Of a stretch of 64,000 nucleotides of DNA, positions 1 to 23,500 are shown in pieces. The stretch is from Octopus bimaculoides (lineage: Eukaryota). The position numbers were made by a program, and so were the translations under genes. Positions within the stretch are counted from its first letter, which is position 1. Every line of letters begins with the position of its first letter. The notes under the pieces are model-generated. The model saw only the letters and a list, made by a program, of their open reading frames with translations. It had not been told where the DNA came from and did not search any database. Location: contig NC_068982.1 of the NCBI RefSeq assembly GCF_001194135.2, positions 115,162,697 to 115,226,696 on the forward strand, read 5' to 3'.

Positions 1-71
1 AGGCATTTCAGTCTCCACAAGTATGGTTTGGCATTCAGATCTCACGAACATCAACTTAGTTTTCCATTCCA

Positions 72-165
72 CATCATCTTCATTATCATCATCATCATCA
101 CCACTACCAGCAGCAGCAGTATAATCGCTGTTGTCATCATTATCATCATCAGATCACATCATCAT
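72..165. repeat. Imperfect (CAT)n/(CAG)n low-complexity tract
   Basis: Direct reading; explains the spurious ORF 28..315. Confidence 0.85.
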
Positions 166-364
166 AAGTGTTTCCATGTCAGTATATGTCACACAAATCT
201 ACAATACTTCTCTTCAAATATTTTGAGCTTATGTCTTCTTATTTGTCTTTACACAAACACTGGGTCTATAGTGATACTGACTTACCACATACTGTCACAT
301 ATACGTTATAAATGAGGTGGTACCGACCTCTTACATACTATTACAATATATATTCTATGTGTAA

Positions 365-573
365 GGCGGTGAGCTGGCAGAAACGTTAGCATGCCGGGCA
401 AAATGCTTAGTGGTATTTCGGCTGTCTTTACGTTCTGAGTTCAAATTCCACCGAGGTCAACTTTGCCTTTCATCCTTTTGGAGCCAATAAATTAAGTACC
501 AGTTGTGTACTGGGACGATCAAATCAACTGGCTCCCTCCCCAAAATTTTGGGCTTTGTGCCTAGAGTAGAAAA
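365..573 (+). mobile_element. SINE with Meta-like central domain
   Basis: ggcggtgagctggcagaaacgttagc head, gagttcaaattcc B-box-like motif, ctttgcctttcatcc...ataaattaagtacc core; related copies elsewhere in the window. Confidence 0.75.
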
Positions 574-629
574 CAATATATGTTGTATGTGTGATTGGAG
601 CTAAGTTGTTAATAAACTTTTAATTACAG

Positions 630-11486
<10,857 letters not shown>

Positions 11487-11689
11487 TAAATATTTTCTAT
11501 TTTTAAGTCTTGTTTTTGATTTCTTATTCTGAAAATCACTAATCACACCTCACCTGCTGTGCTGCACCAAATATAAAATTCCATGAAGTCACAGAAGTAT
11601 TTAAATATTAGAAACTTCTCTCTTGGTTAGGAACACAAGTAATTTTTTTTTAGAGAATAAGCTTGAAATGGACATCCTTAATATATTAA

Positions 11690-11835
11690 CCCTTTAGCAT
11701 TCAGATGACTGTCAAATGTAATGCTAATTCATTAACACTGTTTCGAATTAAACCATTCATTATCTCAGGGCTTTGAGATATTGATATGATTATTTTTAGA
11801 ATGACATTGTAGGGTAGGTGTGAGAGGCTAAATCA
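11690..11835 (+). mobile_element. Possible piggyBac-type non-autonomous fragment in the putative ATM 3'UTR
   Basis: TTAA followed by ccctttagcattcaga; no matching right end. Confidence 0.35.
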
Positions 11836-12811
11836 TTTCACTTATAATACTAGCATTTTAAATATAAACTTCTGTATTAGGAAGTTTAGTTTTTCTTTTA
11901 AAGAACCAGATTGACACTTTTCAACATTGATCATTGAGCAGACAAGTGATGTTTTAGTAAACTAAGAAACATACAGCCTATACTGTTCACAATTATGTAG
12001 TTAATACAACATTTATTCAAAAGATTATCTCATAAGATGGTCACTTGAGTTGTTGTAAATAGCAGCCAAATCTCCCTCACATAATATTTAATTTAAAAGA
12101 GGACACATTAGAAAATGTAGTCATGTATACACTGTATCTGAAAAGAGAATGAAACAGTCACATTTGGAAAACTAAATCTTAGCTGTCCTGGGACTGAACA
12201 GGAAGCTAATATAATAATGGATTTCTTTTCTCATATAAATCCTGTATATTTAGGGAAAGAGGAAAATTGTAATGTTCATGCTTTTCCTCAAGGACATTAG
12301 TTTCAAGTTAGAATAGAAACTGTGTTGTATAGTTGACACAACAAAAGTGTAGGACTTAAAAAAAAGATGTGTGATTGGAGTAAGTGCTTGGCCAGGGAAT
12401 AATAATGCAGTTGGAATGGATGACACAGGTTTATAGCTAACACTTAAATTTAGTCAGATACTAACAAATATCTGAATCTAGATATCCAGTACTAGATACT
12501 GCTATGGCAATTTCTGCAGTTCCCACTTATAGCTGGGTAACATCATCATGATCAAAGTACAGTATTGCAATCTTATAGAACATTAGTTCACATCCATGAA
12601 ACTATTACATGGTAATCATGGACACAACTGCAGTCATTTAAAGTTTTCATGCCTATTTAAACATTTTATTTTATACATTTCATATACAATTTAACTTCAG
12701 AAAATCATTTACAAGATAAAAGTTAACATGACAATTTCTTATAAAAATATACTTAATCCCACAACTTGCTGTGCTTTTTTTTTTTTTTTTATAAACAATT
12801 GACATATTTGG

Positions 12812-12817
12812 AATAAA
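12812..12817 (+). promoter_or_regulatory. First canonical AATAAA downstream of the ATM stop (candidate poly(A) signal)
   Basis: aataaa at 12812-12817; a variant ATTAAA lies at 11747-11752. Confidence 0.35.
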
Positions 12818-13939
12818 AACAGGTTTTATAAAAAGAAATTAAAGGCTAACAATTCTAAGTTAGAAGGATAGAAAATGTTTCTTTTGGCTATATATCTAAA
12901 TGTTCTTGCCACAAATGGCACCATACAAACAATTTCTATCTTAAATGCAGCTAAATTTTCCACTTGCATCTCTTCAATTTGCCTTAGACATATTTACAGT
13001 TTCACACTAAATACGAACAATTTCCTATATCGATAATGTCAAAGGAAATTAGAACAGTCTCTGATAAAATTTTAATCTTGCTAACAGAATTTGCAAACTT
13101 TTATTAAATTAATAAATATAGTAGACAGGAAAATAGATTTCTTGTTAGTCTTTCAACTGAAATGTCATTTGTTTTTTCAAAATAAATCCAACTGGAACCA
13201 ACATGAATTCAGGCAAATCTTAAATTCATATTGTGTGATATATAGTAGAGGTAGAAGTGATAACCCAAATAGTATCCCATGTTTATGGTGGTTATTCCAG
13301 CTAGAAAAACCAGTAAAGCCAAAGCTTTAACCAAAATGATTACATAAAAAGCAGCATGGTAAAGTAAATTCAAGGAGCAACTTTAATGAAGAATTTTTAT
13401 TATTTATTTATTTATATATAATCCATTAAAATTTACTTTCTGGTAGTTTGCTCTTTGGTAAAGCTGCCCACCATAAGTTTTGTATGTGCAATACCTGCTA
13501 CACTGTATCAGCAGAAAATTGCAATGTTTCTTCTGTCCAGTCATTCACTAAACAATTGTATCCTTGTAGATATGACAGTATATTCAGATGAAAGGAAGGA
13601 GTATGACACTTGCCATCTACGCAGGATTTATCACATGGGTAGGGGAATAGTAGTGGTCGTGGTAGAAAGAGAGCAGAAAATATCCAGCACACTAATTTTA
13701 GGAGAAAAATAGATTTAAAATATGGTCTCTGAGCATTTGTCAGTTGTCAATGAAGAGATCAACAAGGCACTAACAAGATGTGAAGCTCAGAGCCAATCGT
13801 ACTTCTAATGAGAGCATTTTATTACAAAAATAATAAATAATCATAATAGTTTCCACAACCAGAGATAAAACATTAGTGGCTGGAACAGCAGCAGCTATTG
13901 AGAGGAAAAACATATGTATTTGTATATAATAGATCTCTG

Positions 13940-13947
13940 TATGTGTA

Positions 13948-14017
<70 letters not shown>
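13940..14017. repeat. (TG)n(TA)n microsatellite in the intergenic/3'UTR interval
   Basis: Direct reading. Confidence 0.95.
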
Positions 14018-14022
<5 letters not shown>

Positions 14023-14222
14023 AGTTAGAAAGAAATCAATGTAAGAAGCAAACAAGAAAAGAAAAAGAGTAGCAAGTAAGTTGTTGTGTGAAGAGGAAGA
14101 GAAGTAGTTGGTAGTGGAGATGAGAAATACCAGTGAATCAAGAAAGTAACTGCATAATCTTTCAATATCTCTTAAAAGACATTTCCTTTCAGCAGTCTTG
14201 TTGGATTGACCTGGATACCAGG

Positions 14223-14228
14223 TTTATT
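14223..14228 (-). promoter_or_regulatory. First AATAAA downstream of the SENP6/7 stop (candidate poly(A) signal)
   Basis: tttatt on + strand; further candidates at 13396-13412 (cluster), 13100, 12665 and 12012. Confidence 0.3.
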
Positions 14229-14394
14229 TCATAAATCAGTGCTCTGACCCATTGGCCGCCATAGCGGTGCTGCTCTCTCTTTCTCTCTCCCCCCCATCCC
14301 AACTCCAGCAAGAGCCATTGGGCAGCAGGGAACACAGTCACCCTGCTGGAAGTTGATTCGTTTATGATGGATCAGTTCCCAACAGAAATCAGCG

Positions 14395-14544
14395 TCAGCT
14401 TTTATTGGTAGAAGAACTTTTTTCATCCACATCTTTCTTTAAGTTCCAAATAAGTTCTTGGATCTCTTGGCGCTTTGAATTAACTTGTTCTTCAGAGAAC
14501 CAGTTATGTATTCGAATAGGAATGGTGAAGTCTTTTATAGGATT
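14395..14544 (-). CDS. SENP6: SENP6/7 terminal coding exon (NPIKDFTIP...STNKS*)
   Basis: Acceptor ttttcag above 14544, TGA at 14397-14395. Confidence 0.92.
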   Translation of the reverse strand, partial: NPIKDFTIPIRIHNWFSEEQVNSKRQEIQELIWNLKKDVDEKSSSTNKS

Positions 14545-17500
14545 CTGAAAAACAGACAAATTGAAATTTAAAACAAAATTACAAATATATGTACACACAA
14601 GTGGGGGGGTCGGCAGTAGGAAAGGTATCCAGGTAAAAAAAAACTCTGACCTAACATGCTGTTGTCTCACCTATACAAGCATTGAAAAGTAGGTGCCAAA
14701 ATGGCGACTGTATATACATAATTACTTTTGTTTTTATGTCTACTTTCTTCATACTGACATCTGTTAAAGAAGGCATTGAGGCAGTATTTTACAGTTCGAT
14801 GCTCATCCTTTCACTAAACCTTATTTTTCAAGTAAAGTATACTTATAGTTATTTCATTTTCTGGCATAGTTTCTAACCGTAGAAACAGTTGGATGTTTGT
14901 CATAACACCAATCATGCACTGGGTGCATTTTATTGACACCAGCACTTGAGATGTCAAGAAACAAGAATATGGAGGTAGAAACACATTGACTGAGGTGATG
15001 GGGAGAGGGAGAGAGAATCTTAGATAGTAATAGAGGTGGACAATTGTAAAGACAGAATGATGGGTGTCAATCAATAATGACTGGCCCAAAAAAGAATGAT
15101 GACTGGTGTTACAGAAAGTGATGGTAGAGTGTATTAGGTACAAGTTTGATGTAATCCTTTATACATAAGCCTCATGGTAAGCCAAAGAGGCAGTGGTGGG
15201 GATGCTAGTAAAGGAAAATTGAATATGGGGTAGTCCAATAACCTTGTACAGACAAATATGGTATAGTGAACAGAAGGGATCCATAACTAGTCTTAGTTAC
15301 ACACACACAGGCACCACTGCATATACTTTTTATCTCTGGTTGGAAAGTATGAAAACATAGGTTAAAAACAAATTAAGATTATCAATTAATTGGCTTAGAA
15401 GAAAGCAATAAAACATTTGTGTATGATGCCTAAAACTAGCATTCCAGATATGAAGATGATTATTTTTAAAACTATTTTTTCCATCATGGCATGGAAAAAG
15501 CATAAAAAGCAGACATGGCTTACTGAGGCAGTATTCTGTGGTTGGATGCCCTTTCTGTTGTAAAGGATTATACTTGCTTTTAAAGATATTTTTCCACTAG
15601 TTTTCACGCACCGAAACTGTCAAGTCACAGGATGTAGTGCTTATGGGAGATGTAAGCAAACATCAACATTTTTACTTGTACTGTATCAATGTGAAGACAC
15701 AGACAGAAGCATAAACACATATACATATCATCATCATTTTAATATGCTCTTTTCCATGCTGGTAGAGGCCAGATGAAACTTATGGAAATACTTTTTCTGA
15801 AGTTGGATGCTCTTCTTGTTGCCAACCCTCACTTGTTTCCAAGTATGGTATTATTTCCCTTAGTCTTTCAAGCAATGAAGAGCTCAATGGTTGGACATAT
15901 TTGCGGAAGGTTGTAAACAAATACCATTGCATAGAAAGTGATTTTGTTTATAATTCAGTGAACATATACAGTAATCCCTCGACTATCACATGTTACATTC
16001 CAAAAAACCCTGTGATATGTGAAAATCCATGAAGTAAAAACAGTACTGTACTGTATATTTTTTTTTTTATCATTTTTATAATTTGTATATAGTTATTTTA
16101 TTATAAATGCAAAACAACACCATGGAGGAATCAATGTTAGCTTAAATAATAAACCGTGATATGGCAAGGGGTTACTGTAATGTTAAGACAAAAGGAAAAC
16201 ACAAACGCTTACTAAGTCAGTATGAAATATTAGAAATCTCATGGAGTGGAAATGAACCTAAACTTCTGAAACCACATGTGTGTGTATGTGTACACACACA
16301 TAATAGGTTTCCATCTACCGAATTTCACTGATCAGGTACTGACAATCTCAAGACTATAGTGCCTTGTGAATAAAATTTTTGTCACTATAATTTTACTGTA
16401 ACATCATGTGGTAACTGGAGATTCAGTATAAGTTCAGGAATGTTACATAAAGTATACTGTAATAGCACGAATAGACAGTGTTAAGAAAAGATTGGCAATC
16501 AGGGTATGCTGCATTTTGTTCTCTGTCTTTATTTTAAATATAGTTAAAACAGTAAAAACAATTTCACCAGTTAACAGAGAGACTAGATGGATTAGGGGTT
16601 TTCAAACTGTGGTCCGCAAGGACAAGACAGGGGGTCTGTGGACAGCAAATACTTTTTATGGGCAATTTGATTTTATATATGTTTTTTAATCAAAATCTTT
16701 TAATTGACAATAAACCTATTTGTTAAATACTGTTAAATAAATAAATGTAAAAATATATGTTATTTTAAGCAAATATTTATGTATAAATTTCATAAGCGTT
16801 TATATAAGGTAAAGCCTGAAATACAAAGTCAAAAAGTTTGAAAACCCCTGGATTAGAAGACAAGCCCATTCTTCCAATAATTTACACCGATGTCTGAAGT
16901 TGTTCAATCTATTAACTTATGTGAGCATGCTGAGTGAAAAAAACAAACAAAATAATCACCTTAAAAAAGCTTTCTACATATTGCAGCACATAAACCCCAC
17001 AATCACTGTAGTTGTTCTGTTGAGGTACCTTTGGAACACCTCCTTTGATGAAGTCTTTGTCAAACGTTCGTTTAGGGGTCTTCTTTCTTGTGTCCCATTC
17101 AACCTGCAAATACCTGTTTTTAAAAAAAAAAAGCCATGACTGCATCAAAAATGTAAAATGAGTTGAGAATTACCTTAATATCACAGAAAATGTCCTTCAT
17201 TAAAGATGTATACATTTAATAGCTAATCTAACAAAGTACCAGCATGATTTTTTTTTCCAGCTATTTTACATTGTTTTCCTCACAGCATTTACCATTCCTT
17301 TTGCTAGCCACTCAGCTGTGAAGTAGGCATAGTACCTGTCTTTAATTGCTTGAGTGACAAGAACTTTAAATTACAGCTATTGTACCTTATACATTATTAT
17401 ATATTACAGCATTAAATGCTGGCTGATATTTAGATGTTAACACAAGCACAGACGTAATTAAAAGACAATCTCCTTTTATCAACTACTACTACCAACAACC

Positions 17501-20500
17501 ATTATCATCCTCATTAATGAGGATTATCACCATCCCATCTCAAATGTCCACAATGACAAACATTACTCTATTTGCATAATTAACATCATTATACTTTCTT
17601 CACAAGACCATCATTACCAGCCTAAAGAGACTTAAAATGCTCTGTGTATTGACAAAAAAAAAAGTCCACCTTTTCAAACACCATGGCAACTATAACCATC
17701 ATTCAATTATACAAAGACTGAATAATAAACTACATGCCAGCTATCTTAATATATTGAATACCATTCAATGAACTCCTGTGCCATATGAGCAGAGAACAGG
17801 CTAAGGGTTGGCATATCTGGGACATCTAACTACCTATATAAGTATGCAGGGTCAGATTTATGTATGAGCCAATATGGACAGTGCCCCCACCCCACCCCAA
17901 GACTGGAGTTGAGAGCAAGAAATAACTTGTAATTAATTTTACTTGCTTAATTTGTTTTTCAATGATTTAGCTTTCTTTTGATTTATTGGGCCCTTTTACA
18001 TTTAAAAAGACATTAATTTTAACCATGGCCCTTTTTATGATTCTGATTTGAATTAGCTCTTTTTTTAAATAGTGCCTTTCAAAAAATACTTTGAGCACAT
18101 GTTTTCTCCAGATATAAGAAGGCAGCCAACAGCAATACATTATGCAAAGAAATGAATATGGCATCATCAACACGTCAGAAACAATCCAAGTGCTAGCAAC
18201 TATTACAGTTATGGAGTATGCAAAAAAAATTTGTAAAAAAATGAAATTATTTACAAAATTATATTTGTTTTTACAATGTACATTCCTATTGTTTATAGTC
18301 TTTGTTATTTTGCTTGTGACAGCCAGATTTGTTAATTAGTTTTGACATATACAATATGACTGACTTTAGACATCTAAACAATTGAAAATTACACAAAATC
18401 TTAGGGCCCCCAAAATCTATTGGTCTAGAGGCCCTACTAGGTCTAAATATGTATATGAACACAAGTCTGACTGAAAAACAGCAACTCATTACCCATCTCC
18501 CATGTAACAAAATGGTTTATATTTCCCAGGCAGCCATTTAGATATTCAAATTTCTAAATTTACCTACACACTATCTACCTCAATTAAAAAGAACTCATGC
18601 TAGCATGGAAGGCAGACGTTAAATGATGATGATGAATTCTTAGCTACTCCAACATTATATAACAATGTAATATAAGTGGCATACTTACTCTCGCAATGTT
18701 TTGACAACATTTGTTCGAGATGGTCCAGCCAGAGAATCAAATATCAAAATACATGGCCTACAATGAAAAATTGGTTTTATGTTAGTAACACAAGATTAAC
18801 TGTACAGTTTTCTGGAGTGGCACACATTTTTCTATACTAGCAGCAGATCAAATATTGCTTCAGTTTACCCTTTTATTTGCCATGAAATAGAAATATTTTC
18901 AGTAACAAAATATAATAAAGAAAATAGAGTTAATGCATACTGCCACAACACAATGGTTGTGATAGTTTTAGAAAAGACATCTATGAAAACAAACTCAAGT
19001 AGGAACTGTCTATTTTCAACTGACTTGAAGAAACTTCAAGTGATAAACCTTGTTCAAAATACAATGATTTATCTTTAGAAAACTTTAACTCCAGCACATT
19101 CTAAACGAATGAAAAAATGAAATTAGTGTAAAAATGTAAAGATAATGAACTAATGTGAAAGGTTATAATAATTAGTTCAAAGATCTGAACTGGAGAAAAC
19201 TCAAGAAAGGAAACTATTGAACTTGTAATTAGGATGGAGCAATTGCTTGACATAACATGTAAAAACTAGAACATGTATATAAAACTAGTGTCCATTACCT
19301 TTCTCTCTCTCACACACACACACACAAGCAGATTGTTTCCAATGCAAGTAAAAATGACATTACTTACTGTTTAAATCCATACAACTCTGTATAAGACTCT
19401 TTGCGTATATCACAGAGTTTAATTGGTAGCTGCAACAGAAATAGTTTTAACATATCAAATTAAAATAATAATAAAAAAAAAACGAAATTATGATTTAAAA
19501 CTAGTTATGATACACGCATGCACAATAATGGTAACCCATAAACACAACAGACCAAATGATTTAATGATTACTTAATTCCAATACAAAACATACACTTTAG
19601 CATTATTATAAAGAGTTTGTCATTCTCATAATGGTTAAGCAATTAAGAACTTCACAGTAATTAAACGTATATTAGCTGAAAGGACCACCACTCCACTCCA
19701 GAGCCCACTGTATGACCTTTTACTTTGAAGGACCTTACATCCAGTAAGTGTTAAATGTAGTTTTGAAATCATTCTTTTTCTTTTACGCCCTTTTAAAGCC
19801 TAGTCAGGCTCATGGGCCCAGTTTTCCAGTTTCTATGGCGTATGTGTTCCCTCCCAGCTGGACGGGATGCCAGTCCATCGCAGCTTTACTCAAGAAACAG
19901 GAAGAAAGAGTGAGAGAAAGTTGGGGTGAAAGAGTACAACAGGGGTTGCCACCACCTCCTGCCAGAGCCTTGTGGAGGTTTAGGTGTTTTCGCTCAATAA
20001 ACACACAACGCCCAGTCTGGGAATCAAAACCGCAATCCTTCGACCGTGAGTCTGCTGCCCTAACCACTGGGCCATTGCGCCTCCACTTTTATTCTACATT
20101 AAGTAATTACACCATCAAGATCTTGAAGATATGAGATAATGCATGATTAATTCAAATCAATGTGAATCAATAAACATTATGTTTGATAGAATAATCTGAA
20201 CACTAATGGGTTAAAAAGCAGTTTTGTATTTATTTTCAAACACAGATATCATCTACCTCAATTACTTCTAAAAACTATAATTCAAATCCTTACTTTATTA
20301 GTTTCATCTGATGTGCCTTCTGCATGAGCATTAAGTTTCTGTAAAGTGCTGCTGTCCTGGCTGGTAAGGAATAAATAGCGGACGGCTTGAGGATGCTCCA
20401 TTCCAGGGAAACAAATGATGGCCAAGAACCAATGGGCGCTAATAAAAAGCAAATTTAAGATTAGCATGGTAGAATAATAATTAGTAATATCACAAAGAAA

Positions 20501-23500
20501 AACTAAATTCAAGCTAAATGGAAGGTTTGTATCATCTTTCAAATTTGTCACTTGACTTTTACAAAATAAAATCAGTTGTGACTGATGCATAAGGTAGTTA
20601 AGATATGAGAAAATTTTAGATTCACTTTATAAAAGAGTTCAAAAGAAAATTATTTAGCTAGGGATTCATTTTCGTTTCAACTGTCTTTCACAAGTAAGAC
20701 AAGAAAGAAATAATTTAATTCTTGGATTTAAGAATGAAAACTATTTCTTTCATTCTTAAATCCAATACTTGACTCTTTCACTTATTTCCCACACACTTAA
20801 AATAAATCTTATTTTATTATTCCTTCAATTGGTTTAGTGGATTTTATTGTTTTCATATCTATTTTTATCTACTTTATTTGAAGGAGTGATTGTGTTAATA
20901 GTGGAATGTATTTTTTGATCATAAGGATAGCAGTCCAGCACTGTAGCAGCTGGATGTGTTATGTAAGAGTACAAGTTTGATAGAGTGCTAGTGTATTGAG
21001 AGAGAAGTTAGGCATAATGTATTGAGAAAGAAGCTAAGCTAGTGTATTGATAGAGAAGTTAGTTGCTGTGTACAAGAGAGAAGACTGCATTGGTTTGGTC
21101 ATGTAATGTAGATGGATACTGACACATCACTAAATGTGTATACTTCACATCACTAAAACCAGAATAGATATCTCTTTTGAAACAAAGACAAGTAGAACAA
21201 AATAACTCCATAAAATATGTAAACTATATCTGTTTAAAATATAAGACTAAGTGAATATATAAAACACAAGCACTTACTTCTCATTAATTGGTACAATAAT
21301 AAAGTCCTTCTGGAAGATATCAACATGTCGTGTCCAGGTTTTAACTTGTGCATGCCTTTTAATCATTGGCCTAATCAATGAAACATTTAAAGCAAAAATT
21401 AATCTCTATCAAATCATTGATTAAATGACAAATACTGCAAGTGAACTTCCTTTCAGAATAAAGACATTTTGATAAGAGTAAAGAATAAAGTAAAATCATT
21501 CAACTAAAATGTTTACCAGGTAAACTTAGAGCAAAAAGGTAACAGGATATACTCATACAATAAATGGTAACATCTATATTACAGACAGCTAGCAATATGT
21601 AAGACAAATGACATTTCTCATTAATAAATAAATAAAACTATTACAAGAGTCAAAAGCAAAACCTTATAAACTTACGAGCAATAAGGGTCCTGATCAGAGC
21701 TGTAGGAATGCCTGTTCAATCGTTGTGTGAGACGTTTGTAAAAGAATGAACTGAACACATGAGTACGTTCTCGATCAGTCTCTGATAATTTCTCCAATAC
21801 CAGATACCTTACATGAAAATATGAAAATAACAGTTTAGTACATTCCTTCAAAATTGGCATTCTGTAATCCTTAGAGCATTCATTTTCTGGTCTCAGAACA
21901 TCTCTTCAAACACAAGTATAAAAGAAGTAGCAAAAATGTCGATCTTCAATTATGCAAGTATCAAATTTTACTCAACTAACAACTCAATAGAAACAATACA
22001 ATTTACAACATGGCATATGTTGGCATAGTTGCATCAATATCAGTGTATTATGCAAGCAATGCAATCAATGCTAAAATATCTCAATGCTTTCTGCAAGATA
22101 AACAATTTTGTTAAAGGGAAATCTTACTTGAGGAAGAAATCAATGATGACATCATTTAGAAACTCTCCTTCATTCAAACAAAAGAAGTCTTCATTGGTAA
22201 TGGTGATTCCTCCCTTTGCAGGTGGTGGAGGGTAAGTGATCAAGCTGAAAAAGAGTATGGAAAATAAATTAGGGAACAAAATTTGTGTTTTTTTTTTTTA
22301 TTAATTCACCACTTACCTCCTTCAGTAGTTTCTAACAAATATCTTTAATCATCAAAAAATTTATTGTACATCATTTTTTCTATGCTAGTATGATTCAAAC
22401 TCATCTTCACAGCATCTTTAATAAATGTTCACTGATGATGCCTCACATTATTACATTCAAGAAGCATCAATGATTAGTCACTGTCCTCATGTAGGGAATT
22501 TAAAAACAAAACCAGTCAGTAGATCATTTGATTATAAAGCTATTTCAGTAAATTTTCTCAACCATTACATAGTGTTATAAAAAGTAACATTTTGTTAAAA
22601 AGATAATTTCTAACACAGCTACAAAGCCAAAAATGTTTCTTTGGTGGGTGGGGGAACATTTTATTAGAGGACTGGTGCTTATTTTAATAATCCAAGAAAC
22701 ATGGTTAAGTTGACTTCAACAAGAAAATGCAAAACTAAGTATTTTGTCTAACAATGATATCCAACAAAAGCAGAAGATTGCATTGGTGTAAAAAAAAACA
22801 TTCAATTAAATCAATTCCAATATCTGATTATTTTATTAACCCTGGATGGATAAAAGGCAAACAACCAGCTGTTTTAGTCAAGAAACAACACATTCAAACG
22901 AAGTGTTCAAAAGTAAAGTTTTGTAAGCATTATTGGATATAGTACATGCTTCACTTCATTTACAGAAGCAACAACTTGAGTAATTACTTTTTAAAGTGGA
23001 ACCATGTGACTATGTCAGACTATGTCTGGAGAAAATTACGTTTTTTAAGATACTTCACTCGTTTTACAATTTTCTTAAATTACTTGTTATATCAATTTAC
23101 TGTCAGTAATGTGAGTTAACTCTGTGTACAGAAAAGAATTTGGCATACAGGTTGGGATTCATCAAGGCTCAGTCCTCAGTTGCCTCCAGGCCATAATAGA
23201 GGAATTCAAGACCAGCAGCTCCTGGGAACTACTATATACTAATGATCTAGTCCTAATGGTAGATTCCATATCAGAGCTAGAAGAGAAATTCCAGGTGTGG
23301 AAGCAAAACCTGGAATCTAAGGGCCTTAAGGTTAATTTAGCAAGGACGAAGGTCCTAGTAAGCTGGAAAATTGTTCGATTAGTGGGAAAGGTATAAGCAG
23401 GAACTCTATATGGTGTACCCTGTGTAAGCTATGGATTCACAAGAGGTGCAGTGGATTAATAGGAAGGTTATCAGAGAAGATAGTGTTTGTATGTGGAAGA

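Noticed and set aside
28-315. 95-aa ORF with poly-I/T/S/H
   Set aside because: Translation of the (CAT)n/(CAG)n tract in an ATM intron; no splice or homology support.
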